DNA of 64,000 nucleotides from Ignavibacteriota bacterium (GTDB lineage Bacteria; Bacteroidota; Ignavibacteria; UBA10030; CAVZMI01): NCBI GenBank assembly GCA_963776275.1, contig CAVZMI010000025.1, positions 32,338 to 96,337 of the forward strand, read 5' to 3'. Shown piece by piece: positions 54,184 to 64,000 of this stretch (position 1 is its first letter; each line of letters starts with the position of its first letter). The notes under the pieces were generated by a model. It saw only the letters and a program-made list of their open reading frames with translations, ran no database searches and was not told where the DNA came from. The position numbers and the translations under genes were made by a program.

Positions 54184-55035
54184 TTATAAATGAAGAGTTA
54201 ATCCAAATCCATATGTATCGCCGGAAACATACGGTTGAATACTCATGCCGCGTATTCCGAATTGAGATTTTTTACTATTGTTTTCAACTGCTTTCTCATG
54301 TTGATCAACTACCCATGTTGCAATAAGGTAACCGACTGCGCCTCCCAAAAAAACATCAGAGGTCCAGTGCTTATCAAGATAAACCCGGCCTATTACGCTG
54401 AGTCCTGCCGGCACGTAAGCTAATACTTTTAACCACACCGGTTCGGCATTTCTTGAAAGGACAGTTGTAAGAGCCATGACAATGCCTGTATGTCCTCCGG
54501 GAAGTGATTGATGATCAGGGTTAGAATATCGGGAGAATGGAACATACGTTTGATTACCTTGTTCGAGATATGGTCTTGCTCTTCCAATTATATATTTTAA
54601 AGGACCGTTAACATAAAATGTATAGCATGCAGCTTGCGCTATTTCAAAAGCAATTTTATGGGCTGTCTTATCCCCGTTATACAATGCATAGATGGAAAAA
54701 CCGCCAAAGAGCAACTCGGTAAAATATATTTCACCCCACATATTCCCGAATTCAATTGGATAGCTCTTGGCATATTTTGTATCATGGTTAAGTAAACGGC
54801 GGATTGGTAGATCGGCTTGCATTACCAAAAATGTTCCGCCGCCTAATATACCTATTTTGAGCCAATCGCTTCCGTCCCATTTAGTCGGTTGCTTGATGAG
54901 ATTCCAGGTCTCAATCCCGAACTGAGAGAAATCATATTTATTCCGATCTACGGAATCCGGTACAGCGGGATTTTGCGCGAAGAGGGAGGATTCGCAAATG
55001 ATGAGGAGGAGTGATAAGAGAAATTTATGTCGCAT
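54184..55035 (-). CDS. PAP2-family phosphatase, paralog 2
   Basis: K..IGRARP, PGGH, GRVYLDKHWTSD; N-terminus close to paralog 1. Confidence 0.9.
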   Translation of the reverse strand: MRHKFLLSLLLIICESSLFAQNPAVPDSVDRNKYDFSQFGIETWNLIKQPTKWDGSDWLKIGILGGGTFLVMQADLPIRRLLNHDTKYAKSYPIEFGNMWGEIYFTELLFGGFSIYALYNGDKTAHKIAFEIAQAACYTFYVNGPLKYIIGRARPYLEQGNQTYVPFSRYSNPDHQSLPGGHTGIVMALTTVLSRNAEPVWLKVLAYVPAGLSVIGRVYLDKHWTSDVFLGGAVGYLIATWVVDQHEKAVENNSKKSQFGIRGMSIQPYVSGDTYGFGLTLHL

Positions 55036-55148
55036 CGTGATCCCTTCTTTCATTTTTAGGTGTGATGGATACCCCTCATTGCGTAAGAAGAAGACCCGGC
55101 ATGCTCAATTTATCCCAAGCCCTCTAACCAAGTTCAGGGAGCATCAGA

Positions 55149-56665
55149 TCATCGTTCTTGCTTGAAATTGTCTATATAAAATTGCAGAAAAATCTTCTGT
55201 TCGGTTTGTACGTTATGAATATAAGGAAAATCACGCGGATATCTATCACTGTAATACACTAATTGTTCAAATCCAAGGCTGAAATTGCCGGCAATCCTGA
55301 ATGCGACGCTGGGCTTTATTATGCCAATAAAATTGTCCCCCGCATAACCGACATACGTATGAATCCAGTATAAATAACCTCTGAACGTGACACTTACCCA
55401 TCCACCAAGATTCAGAGTAGTTTCCAACTTTCCTTCCGCGCCCCCCCATAATTATAATCTCTGAACTGAGAAGTATCCGGTCCCAATCGCGTACTGTTTC
55501 CGGCGAGAGGTACTATGCCGAGATGGACATCAAAATAGAGATTAGAACTCGAACTTACCGGCAGCTTGGAGATCATCCCGCCGCCGAAGGCTATGGTACC
55601 CAGTTCAAAAGTCCTATTATCCCAGAAGTCATAATGTTGAAATCCCCCGATCAGCATTTCCAGATTTCCAGACTGAATATTCTTGCCAAACAAAATCCCA
55701 TGGCCGATGACATTGTCTATGATCTTCCTACCCGCCCCAAAAGTCAGATCTGCCCGAAGTTTGAAATAATCAAAAATCTTTCGCGATCTTTGTTCAAACG
55801 GATTCCCGTAATCAAGATGAAGGGTTAACATTTCGTTTTTGGGCCCTGTCCCGAAACTTCTTCTGTCATTTACCCAACGTACCCCGGCAGAGAACGTCAT
55901 GTTGAGAGGTTCTTTCTGATAAATCTCTTCTGAGGTTACTCGGGAAAAATGTCCATGTAGAAGCCTGCTGAAAGCTCTCGAGGGATTAATAAACCCGGCA
56001 AATAGTTCTCTAAAAAATCTTTCTGATCCGGTTGTTCGATCATCCAGAAAATACGAACTAAGCCTGTAAGAGATTTCTCCAAGGAATGCGCCGGTAACAG
56101 TTGTATTGATCACATCGTTGACCGCCGGCAGCGTATTCTCCCCAAAATACTCCCACATGAGACTGCCTCCCAACGCGAAAGGCACTGATTCGCAGAAAGT
56201 ATGTCCGTTTGCGCGGGCCGCATTGAAATAACCGGCCCCGGAATAGGGATGAAAGAAATAATTCATACCAAACCTGTCCGTATCCCATTCAAAACCCGTC
56301 TTTAAGTTACGCTTCCAGGTATCAGGTCCTATCCTCGCATAATCCGCGTTGAAAATATACCTATCAGATGCCCATGTAACAAGGTTAATCCCCACAACTC
56401 TTAAAGCACACGACCACCAAGGAGATTTCGGATTGTATTCCGGGTTGTCGTCTCGCAAATCGCCGTACATATTGAAGTGCACGGTGTCGCGTAGCGTACT
56501 CTGTGCAAGAGCAGTGCCGTAAACAGAGGAAAAGCTAAAATCTCTCTTGTATGGCTGTCGGTATTTCCCGAAGGTCAGACCTGTTGATATGTTTGTACCA
56601 ACATCCTGCGCTTGAAGTGACGTTGAAAACAAAAACGAGAAAACCACAATGCATACGATTTTCAT
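55149..56665 (-). CDS. DUF3943-like outer membrane protein; frameshift in C7 run at 55441-55447
   Basis: WDTDRFGMNYFFHPYSGAGYFNAARANG..WEYFGE..NDVINT. Confidence 0.8.
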
Positions 56666-56919
56666 TTTGTACCTCCGTTGTCGTCCGATTGATCATCCGG
56701 ACTGCGTTTTCCCGACAAACTCGGGATCTGACTTGGACCAGATTCCTGAGTAGCCGGTCACTTCCCTGGGTGTCTGTTGTACGACGCGTTTTCAAGAGAA
56801 CGGCTAGGCTTCGTTATTGCTGCTAGTGCCGTTCTAACTATCATTCCGAAAATATACGATAAGATTATCATAATTGGAACGGTACGGTGAAACACGGTGA
56901 AACAGTGCCGCTACGCGGC

Positions 56920-57204
56920 AGGGGCTGTCTAAAAAGTAATTTTTACCGAGACAATTTTTCATATATGAAATCAAACATTATTTCGCATCATTGTGGCTTC
57001 GATACAGTCAAATCCACTGCGTGGATTTGACTTACTCAGCCATCGGCAACTTAATCAATATTAGATTGTTCTTTTTTAGTGTATCAACTCTATAGCCGGT
57101 TCCCGAGTGATTCGTCTCACGGGGTGAGACGAATTGTATCGAGGGAACATCAAAAAGATATGTCTATATATTTGTCACAATTATTTTCTTTTTGGACAGC
57201 CCCT
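56920..57204. mobile_element. MITE-like element (~285 bp) with 17-bp terminal inverted repeats
   Basis: AGGGGCTGTCTAAAAAG ... CTTTTTGGACAGCCCCT (1 mismatch); no ORF; two internal long hairpins. Confidence 0.7.
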
Positions 57205-57360
57205 ATCCCTTTCATTTTATAGGAATAAACAGTTGTAAGGTCAATAGTGTTGAGTACCAAAAATAACTTGAATAATCTAAAGGATTAAATCTGACATAAA
57301 TCGCATGGAATAGCATTAGATGGCGCTCCGACTTATTCAGGTTATTTTTGAACCGAGACA

Positions 57361-57801
57361 CTAGTCATTATCTTTGAATAAATCCTTCATTGTCTTTCCT
57401 ATTTCATCCATATCATGCTTGAAGTTCGTCTTGAACTCTTCCCATTTACTTTGTCCCTCATCCTTATATTCTTCCAACTTCTTCTTCAGGTCGCGATTTT
57501 TCTGTTCCAACACTGCAACTTCCTTGCGGTACTTCGCTTTGGCCTTGTGACCGGCTTCTTCCATCTTTTCCTTGAATGCATCAATCCTCTTTTCATTAGC
57601 CTCGATTGTCTGTTTAGACTCGCGCTTGAATGTTTGCCATTCTATAAGATATTCAGTTCGAGTGTCTTTCAACTCTTGTTTGGCATCCCCTACATTCTCC
57701 TTGGCATTTTCAACTTTTTGTTCCGACGTTTTCCCGCAGCCCGTTAAAAGTGTTCCTGTCATAAACCCTATGACAGTAAAGACAAAAATACCGTTTTTCA
57801 T
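57361..57801 (-). CDS. Coiled-coil lipoprotein
   Basis: Lipobox LLTGC; Lys/Glu-rich helix ending WEEFKTNFKHDMDEIG. Confidence 0.8.
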   Translation of the reverse strand: MKNGIFVFTVIGFMTGTLLTGCGKTSEQKVENAKENVGDAKQELKDTRTEYLIEWQTFKRESKQTIEANEKRIDAFKEKMEEAGHKAKAKYRKEVAVLEQKNRDLKKKLEEYKDEGQSKWEEFKTNFKHDMDEIGKTMKDLFKDND

Positions 57802-57864
57802 GGGTCCCCTTTTTGATTGGTTAAAAAGTTTATTGATATAGATGGAGCAGGGTTCTGTCAATTG

Positions 57865-58010
57865 CCACTCCTTTTTTGCACTTGTGGCCTGAATATTTAC
57901 AGTTCGCCCTTGCAGAGATGATGACCCGGCTGATCGGTTTTCCCGAATAGCAACCGATTTGACCGTTGTGTGCGTAACCCTTCGGTCGTCATCTCTATCG
58001 GGACCCGCTA
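57865..58010 (-). pseudogene. Internal remnant of a DUF6600-like paralog
   Basis: AGPDRDD.RRVT..TVKSVAIREN..PG..L..GEL*IFRPQVQK versus SGPDRADVQKITGRTIQPVVIQDNEKPGQNLRNGQLQIYRPQVQK at 34690-34825. Confidence 0.65.
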
Positions 58011-58047
58011 TTCTCCATGCTGAAGCATCCCCTCTTTTGCTGAGCCT

Positions 58048-59136
58048 TTATTTAATGAGGATCAACTTCTTCGTCGAGACGAATGATCCGGCTTCCAAAC
58101 GGTAGAAGTACACACCGCTCGAGAGACCGAGTGTTCCCTTGTTGGTATTGAACGGCACGGTGTAGCTGCCGGCTTCCTGACGGCCGTTCACGAGTGTAGC
58201 AACTTCATGACCAAGCAAATTGTAGACCTTGAGGGAAACCTGAACAGCCTTCCCAAGACTATATTGAATCCTCGTGGATGGATTGAATGGATTCGGATAG
58301 TTCTGCCAGAGCGAGAACTCTTGAGGCGATAACTCATTCTCGACGGCGTTCACCGGGCCCGGATCTGTGACAGCATTGGCGTCTAATGCAACTGCACTCT
58401 GTGCCAGCGCTCTGCCGTCCAGCGCTGCGCCGGTACGTATCAAAATCGCTGTTTTACACAATATGATTCCCTTCATGGCAGCCGTCGTCCCAAGAGTAAC
58501 CTGGCCGGCGACCTGCCAGAAGATGTTGGAAGCCTTCGCGCTGCCGCCTAGAGTAACCATGGCACCGTTGGCCAAGGTTAGATCCTGCGCTATCTGGAAG
58601 ATCCAGATATCGCTTGCGGCGCCCGAGATAGTGACACCACCAGCAGACACCAGTACCCCGGTACTCCAATTGTAAAGACCGGGAGTGAGGGTCTGCCCGG
58701 TAAGATCTCCGGCGTACAGTTCAGTATGATCAGGCAATGGCCGTCCGGCTGCGTCGGTGTAAGCGGTTTCCATGTCGCCTATAGCCGTAGTCATTTTAGA
58801 TGGAGTTGGGTCAGTATAGTCGGCGGCATATACATTTCCAGTAACTAAAGATGATGTCGAAAATGTACCTGAGGGATCCATTATTAATCCAAATCCAGTT
58901 ATGTATGTCGCAGCGGCCGGACTAATTCCAATATCACCAGTAATGTGGGTGACTCCCGTGGCTGAGATTCCTGTTTTTGCCAGAATCACGAAATTGCCGG
59001 CTGTTCCAAGATTCACCGGTGCCGGCGATTGAGACACGGCAGCGGCAGTCAGCATCAAAGCAACCGTCACCATCGCTCCGAGGAAGCGCGTCCACCGGTC
59101 TAAAATACCTGTTGCATGTGTTGTACAAGTCTTCAT
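58048..59136 (-). CDS. Ice-binding-like (DUF3494) protein with T9SS-type C-terminal sorting domain
   Basis: VNLGTAGNFVILAKTGIS, TAYTDAAGR, LTPGLY, WIFQI, NIFWQV, GRALAQ; tail QNYPNPFNPST...LSSGVYFYRL...KKLILIK. Confidence 0.92.
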   Translation of the reverse strand: MKTCTTHATGILDRWTRFLGAMVTVALMLTAAAVSQSPAPVNLGTAGNFVILAKTGISATGVTHITGDIGISPAAATYITGFGLIMDPSGTFSTSSLVTGNVYAADYTDPTPSKMTTAIGDMETAYTDAAGRPLPDHTELYAGDLTGQTLTPGLYNWSTGVLVSAGGVTISGAASDIWIFQIAQDLTLANGAMVTLGGSAKASNIFWQVAGQVTLGTTAAMKGIILCKTAILIRTGAALDGRALAQSAVALDANAVTDPGPVNAVENELSPQEFSLWQNYPNPFNPSTRIQYSLGKAVQVSLKVYNLLGHEVATLVNGRQEAGSYTVPFNTNKGTLGLSSGVYFYRLEAGSFVSTKKLILIK

Positions 59137-59243
59137 AACCCCTCCATGTAGTTAGTGAAAATGAAGTACGACCTATTTTGTTATTTAAAAACCGAGATTT
59201 CCCGTGATTGTTATAATACCCGCTGTACGGGCACATTTCGAAA

Positions 59244-59405
59244 TCAATTTTTTTCCCCAAATATATTTCGTCCGCGAATGACTCTAAGCAAGACGACCAC
59301 AATGGCAATCACCAGAAGGATGTGAATGAAACCACCCATGGTGTAGGAAGAGACTACACCCAGGAGCCACAACACGATAAGAATAACAGCGATAGTAAAT
59401 AACAT
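59244..59405 (-). CDS. lmo0937-family small membrane protein (53 aa; not in ORF track)
   Basis: MLFTIAVILIVLWLLGVVSSYTMGGFIHILLVIAIVVVLLRVIRGR. Confidence 0.9.
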   Translation of the reverse strand: MLFTIAVILIVLWLLGVVSSYTMGGFIHILLVIAIVVVLLRVIRGRNIFGEKN

Positions 59406-59526
59406 AGCAAGTATCCTTTCTCCCTTGGTTTAGTGTTCAACGCAGTAACAAAATCTAAACTGATCGACGAATATATTCAGCCTCTCCATACGAATCATTT
59501 TCTTTTCCTTCACGATGTCTTTAATT

Positions 59527-59805
59527 TCATCTGCCGCTTGTCCGATTTCTTTTTTTGTTCAATGCTTTATGCAACTTTATCAACTTGCTGTTGGCCTGTT
59601 TAAGCTGGTCAACGATAATTTTATATTCATCCACGCGGTGTCTGGCTTCATCTTTGGCAATCCCGTATTTCTCTTGAAGCTTTCCAACAAGCCCCTCATA
59701 CTTGCCCAGGATAGACGACAGTTCGTCGTTCATCATTCTACCCCAATGATAGACGGCTTTTCCCCTTTGTTGCTTCCATTGTCCTTCCAGACGATCCCAG
59801 TTCAC
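59527..59805 (-). CDS. csbD: CsbD-family stress protein, copy 2
   Basis: Near-identical to 38672-38983; tail differs by a frameshift. Confidence 0.85.
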   Translation of the reverse strand: MNWDRLEGQWKQQRGKAVYHWGRMMNDELSSILGKYEGLVGKLQEKYGIAKDEARHRVDEYKIIVDQLKQANSKLIKLHKALNKKRNRTSGR

Positions 59806-60131
59806 GGTGTATTTTCCTTAAACTCCAAACGATTCAACTTTCATACAAAAGAATACTAATGATTTATTTAAACGGGAATCGCCCGAAAGGATGAAAATGG
59901 GATTAATTCTTTTGGGAGCCCAATATTTGATAATAGACTGGACGAAATCTGCCATGATTCAAATAACGGGACTGTAATGGATGAATAGGGTAGATAGTAC
60001 TTTCGTGGAGAGAGAGGCTCGGCGAGATCCAATGCCGTTCCAATAATATTTTGAAATAATTCTATCTGTTTTTAGTAGTTGGAACGGTACTGAGCCCTGT
60101 TTTTTATAGGGAATAATAAGTTGGCAGGGCA

Positions 60132-60310
60132 CTAGGAATTTTCTTCGTGGATAGACTTTGCTATCTGTAAACGAGTGTGCAGCGCTATAATTTCACGCTC
60201 TCGTTTCGTCATCCGCACGGCTTTGGTTACATTTCCTTTATTTTTCTCGAGAGCGTGCTCAATAACATGAGAAAAAAGTGATCCGGTCAGTGGGGGGGAA
60301 GAACTTTTAC
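60132..60310 (-). pseudogene. 3' remnant of LuxR regulator with HTH deleted
   Basis: PPLTGSLFSHVIEHALEKNKGN..KREREII^ALHTRLQ. Confidence 0.85.
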
Positions 60311-60502
60311 TCCTTAAATAAAAGATATAAAACGAGAAAGAAAAATTCAATATAGCGCCGGAGGTCGTCAGACTTCGACGAACTCCCGACTGTGTCGAGG
60401 CTCGTCTCTTGTGCTTTCAGCGCAAGGGACGGCTGTCGAGTGCATGTGTAAAAGCAGGGAGTATCTGCGTAACGCCATTAATTTACCGGATAAGCAGATT
60501 TC

Positions 60503-60811
60503 TTGGTTACTTCTGTGGGAGTGCAGAGCAATTCTTCTAAAACCGGGTCAATCTTTCTATCCCACTTAAAAGCAGCGGGATGCACCCCCAACGATATCGA
60601 CACTCGCCTTTTTCGTACCATCAATAATGCACGATCGCCTTTTATCGGAGGTGTTGTTGCAACGATGCTGACACTCCGGTATCCCACACTTGCGTATATT
60701 TTTCGGGAAGATCTTATGGAACTGAGGCGTTCGATCTTCGGTGATCGATTGTTCCTGAGTGTGAAAGCGTATCCCGACGGTGGGAGGATACGAATAACTT
60801 ATATCTTCTAG
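60503..60811 (+). pseudogene. Possible internally deleted PAP2-like remnant
   Basis: DIDTRLFRTINNARSPF and VATMLTLRYP resemble PAP2 N- and C-terminal parts; catalytic motifs absent. Confidence 0.3.
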
Positions 60812-60854
60812 TGTCGAGCTTGTGGTGAGCTTGTCGAACCATCAGTCGAGACAC
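60811..60854. repeat. REP-like palindromic element
   Basis: GTGTCGAG..TGGTGAGCTTGTCGAACCA..TCGAGACAC; related to GTCGAGCCTGTCGAGAC at ~32903. Confidence 0.55.
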
Positions 60855-61399
60855 TAAGGGAGAAGGACAGCACAGGAAATGACAGTAGTCCAGAGTCCGT
60901 TCTTGTCTCCCTCAGAAGATTGAGTCACGTTGAAAGTTTTTACAATTTTTCCGCTCATTTTGTATAACTGCTCGCGTTCATCCCATCCTGTATTCGGATC
61001 GAATTCTACGCCGAGTGTCGAAGCAAGCATTGTGGCAGCGAGATCTTCGGCATACTCACCGGCGCGTTCGTCGGTCTCGCCGTACGGATGGTGCTCGGAG
61101 AGATAACCGTAGAAATTTCCATCAGCAGGAATTGCCACTCCTATCGAAGAGGCAATCAATCGATTCGGCTCATTTGTCGCATTACGGGCTATCACGACAA
61201 AAGTTATCTGGCCGGGCATGAGTAATTTCAAACCTTCTTCCTTGGGGATACGTTTACATCCGGCGGGATAAATGCTTGAGACCGAAACAATATTGCATTT
61301 CTCGATCTGCGCATCGCGCAATGCAAGTTCGAATGACTGGAGGTATTCCTTATGTTTTCCTACCCCCTTGGTAAAGAATATTTTTGTTGGAACATACAA
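60854..61399 (-). CDS. pdaD: Pyruvoyl-dependent arginine decarboxylase
   Basis: [17 protein letters not shown] self-cleavage site, YGYLSEHH. Confidence 0.9.
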   Translation of the reverse strand: MYVPTKIFFTKGVGKHKEYLQSFELALRDAQIEKCNIVSVSSIYPAGCKRIPKEEGLKLLMPGQITFVVIARNATNEPNRLIASSIGVAIPADGNFYGYLSEHHPYGETDERAGEYAEDLAATMLASTLGVEFDPNTGWDEREQLYKMSGKIVKTFNVTQSSEGDKNGLWTTVISCAVLLP

Positions 61400-61467
61400 T
61401 AGAACATCTCCGCTTTGAAAGTGAATAAGAATAGTCCGTCCTCACAGGGTCGCGGTGAAAGGCGATA

Positions 61468-62685
61468 CTATGAGGGGATGATCTTCATAAATCGACGTTT
61501 TCCTACTTTAATAATAACCGGTTGTGCAATTTTTAGTATCTCGTATTCATTGTCAACACGTTTTCCATCGATGCTGACGCCCCCCTGCTGGATGAGCCGG
61601 CGCCCTTCATTGTTAGATGCCGTGAGTTTACTATCGACCATTAATTTTAAAAGTTGAATGGTTACTGTACCGGGAGCCAGGCGATATTCGTCAATATCTT
61701 CGGGTATTTCTTTTCGTATAAATAGCGCATCGAAATCTTCTTCAGCCCGCAGTGCGTCATCCGCGGTGTAATACTGCGTCACAAGCTCACGGGCCAGCCG
61801 GCGTTTGAGATCGCGGGGATTGGCGGTTCCCGAAGCAAGCTGGTCACGCATTTGATCGATGTCAGAGGCAGCGATCGACGTACACAAAGTAAAATAATCG
61901 ATGATCATTGTATCCGGGATGGACAGCGTCTTGCCATATATCTGCTGCGGCGGTTCGCTTATGCCGATGTAATTATCGAGCGATTTACTCATTTTTTCAA
62001 TGCCGTCGGTCCCCGGAAGGATGGGCATGGTGAGGATGACCTGGGGTTCTTGGTCGTACTCGCGTTGAATATCGCGCCCGACAAGCAGGTTAAACTTCTG
62101 GTCCGTACCGCCGAGTTCAACATCAGATTGAATGGCTACAGAATCCATTGCCTGGGCAAGCGGATAGAGAAATTCGTGAATGCTGATCGATTCGTTGTTG
62201 CGGAAACGATTCATGAAATCGTCACGCTCAAGAATTCGTGCAACGGTGTATTTCCCTGCAAGTTTGATCACATCTTCAAACTTCATCGCGCCGAGCCATT
62301 CAGAATTATAGCACATTGTCACCCGCACTTTAGATAGGATTTTAGTCGCCTGCTCGAAATAGCTCCTTCCATTGAGACGCGTCTCTTTGAGAGAGAGTGC
62401 CGGGCGTGTTTTATTCCGTCCTGAAGGATCACCGATGATACCGGTAAAATCACCGACAATCAAAATAGCATGATGGCCGAGATCCTGAAACTGACGGAGC
62501 TTTCTGAGAACGACGGAATGTCCCAGGTGGAGATCGGGTCTACTGGGATCACAGCCGAGTTTGATGATAAGAGGAGAGTTAGTTGCGATGGACCGGCTCG
62601 AGCTTCTTGACAAGATCATCTTCCGGGATAATCTCAAAGACTCCCCGCGTGATGACATCCATCTGTTCGTTGAGTGGTGGGAACA
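61468..62685 (-). CDS. tyrS: Tyrosine-tRNA ligase (frameshift near 62593)
   Basis: DPSRPDLHLGH, GGTDQKFN, KMSKS, S4 domain; true N-terminus FPPLNEQMDVITRG lies in another frame. Confidence 0.96.
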   Translation of the reverse strand, partial: CSHHSTNRWMSSRGESLRLSRKMILSRSSSRSIATNSPLIIKLGCDPSRPDLHLGHSVVLRKLRQFQDLGHHAILIVGDFTGIIGDPSGRNKTRPALSLKETRLNGRSYFEQATKILSKVRVTMCYNSEWLGAMKFEDVIKLAGKYTVARILERDDFMNRFRNNESISIHEFLYPLAQAMDSVAIQSDVELGGTDQKFNLLVGRDIQREYDQEPQVILTMPILPGTDGIEKMSKSLDNYIGISEPPQQIYGKTLSIPDTMIIDYFTLCTSIAASDIDQMRDQLASGTANPRDLKRRLARELVTQYYTADDALRAEEDFDALFIRKEIPEDIDEYRLAPGTVTIQLLKLMVDSKLTASNNEGRRLIQQGGVSIDGKRVDNEYEILKIAQPVIIKVGKRRFMKIIPS

Positions 62686-62759
62686 ATTTTTTCTTGGTGC
62701 CTCGCTTAAAAATTGACGTATATCTGGAATGTACCCGATGGTACCGCGTTTCAATAATG

Positions 62760-63227
62760 CTATTCGTTCACAAAACGTCGTTCCATTTCGCGTTCATGTT
62801 CACGGCGTTTTAAATCCTCCCGTTTGTCGTATGTCTTCTTGCCTTTCGCTAGTCCGATTTCGACTTTTGCACGGCAGTTCTTGAAGTATACGCGAAGCGG
62901 GATGAGCGTCAATCCTTTTTCTGTCGTCCTTCCGATCAGGCGGCGTATTTCTTTTTTCGTGAGGAGGAGTTTTCTTTCCCTCCGAGGTTCATGATTGTTG
63001 ATGTTGCCCTGCTCGTATGGACTAATGTGCATGTTTAAAAGCCACACTTCGGCGTTAATAAGCATGGCATATGCATCGTTGAGATTTCCGTCGCCGTGAC
63101 GCAGTGATTTTACTTCCGTTCCCTTGAGAACAATCCCTGCCTCATAACTCTCCAGGATAAAAAATTCATGCCGGGCTTTCCGGTTGGTAATGACAGTCTT
63201 CTCGCCCTCTCCTTCATAAACTTTCAT
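62760..63227 (-). CDS. smpB: SsrA-binding protein
   Basis: [30 protein letters not shown]. Confidence 0.97.
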   Translation of the reverse strand: MKVYEGEGEKTVITNRKARHEFFILESYEAGIVLKGTEVKSLRHGDGNLNDAYAMLINAEVWLLNMHISPYEQGNINNHEPRRERKLLLTKKEIRRLIGRTTEKGLTLIPLRVYFKNCRAKVEIGLAKGKKTYDKREDLKRREHEREMERRFVNE

Positions 63228-63511
63228 TGCGCACACGTCGGCAAATGTCGATCAATAATAGTATTTATTGGGCAAAAAATCAATGAAAAATTCATCCGAA
63301 GAATTTTCTGGAACAGGAAATTCGCACGTTGATTTTCTATACGGTGTTGACTATATTCTCTCAAACTAATCACTTGGTGTCGATCTTTTCCAATCAAACC
63401 CATGCTAATTCGTTTCTTCAATGTCGGATGGATACCAAAAACATACAACGCCGGTGACTTTTCAGGGGAATTCTCCATTCCCTTTTTTTGTTTTTTCCTT
63501 GTGAGGAAAAC

Positions 63512-64000
63512 ATGAATGATTATCAATTTGATGTGGCCGTTGTCGGAGGCGGAATAGGCGGGTATACTGCAGCAATCCGTGCAGCCCAACTTGGCTTTAA
63601 AACTATCTTAATTGAAAAAGAAAGGCTCGGCGGAATATGCCTGAATTGGGGCTGTATTCCCACAAAAGCGCTATTAAAAAGTGCGGAATTTGCTATGCAG
63701 GCAAGACGTGCCGCCGATTTTGGCGTCAATGTCGGCCAGGTGAGCGTAGACTTCCCTAAAATCATCCAGCGAAGCCGCGATGTCTCGGGAAAAATCGTAA
63801 AAGGCGTTGAGTATTTGATGAAAAAAAACAAAATCGAAGTTATATCGGGGACGGCAACGGTTCGTGGAAAAGGGTCAATCGAGATTGTAAGGCAGGACTC
63901 ATCGAAAACGGCGCTTACGGCGAAACATATAATCCTCGCAACAGTGCACGACCGCGTAGCCTTCCAGGAATCCAATTCGACGGCAAACAGATTATTTCAA
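63512..64000 (+). CDS. lpdA: Dihydrolipoyl dehydrogenase (partial; frameshift near 63944; not in ORF track)
   Basis: DVAVVGGGIGGYTAAIRAAQLG, GGICLNWGCIPTK. Confidence 0.95.
   Translation, partial: MNDYQFDVAVVGGGIGGYTAAIRAAQLGFKTILIEKERLGGICLNWGCIPTKALLKSAEFAMQARRAADFGVNVGQVSVDFPKIIQRSRDVSGKIVKGVEYLMKKNKIEVISGTATVRGKGSIEIVRQDSSKTALTAKHIILATVHDRVAFQESNSTANRLFQ

Noticed and set aside
56700-56830. Riboswitch upstream of the DUF3943-like gene
   Set aside because: Only one hairpin (CTCGGGATCTG/CAGATTCCTGAG), with no match to a consensus I recognise
25441-60350. Prophage or anti-phage defence island
   Set aside because: No phage structural, replication, restriction or known defence genes; the content is stress and envelope related
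60350-60850. tmRNA (ssrA) near smpB
   Set aside because: No tRNA-like 5' GGGG..GA end or 3' T-arm/CCA end found on either strand

Overview
Bacterial chromosomal window, most consistent with an Ignavibacteria-like member of the Bacteroidota/Chlorobiota group. Support for this is a T9SS-type C-terminal sorting domain, E. coli-like TTGACA/TATATT promoters and a CIRCE-controlled groESL; the taxonomy is inference. The sequence has many single-base indels, including in essential genes (groEL, tyrS, lpdA), so most simple frameshifts are probably sequencing errors. Layout: (1) 1-3.5 kb: ABC-2 exporter and acyl-CoA dehydrogenase. (2) 3.6-11 kb: an unusual three-gene secreted module (1352-aa beta-rich protein, Zn-dependent phospholipase C/P1-like enzyme, Fn3-repeat protein) next to tRNA-Arg(CCG). 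(3) 11.5-24.3 kb: core genes (TPR protein, RsbU-RsbV-RsbW-RsbU partner-switching module, CIRCE-groES-groEL, alr, manC, rlpA, lytic transglycosylase). (4) About 25.4-60.4 kb: an almost entirely minus-strand 'general stress' island. It holds a DnaJ/CbpA-like protein, bfr, GT4+GH130, DUF6600, BON, OmpA, CsbD copies, lmo0937 copies, a kaiC-kaiB-PAS kinase-two NarL regulator operon, tandem paralogs and a T9SS-tailed ice-binding protein. It is full of internal duplications and deletion scars, including a GxxExxY::kaiB chimera, an ECF sigma remnant and three broken LuxR copies. (5) 60.8-64 kb: pdaD, tyrS, smpB, lpdA. The best candidates for undescribed systems are the KaiA-less KaiBC-to-two-component stress circuit with a candidate operator, and the giant-protein/phospholipase/Fn3 module.
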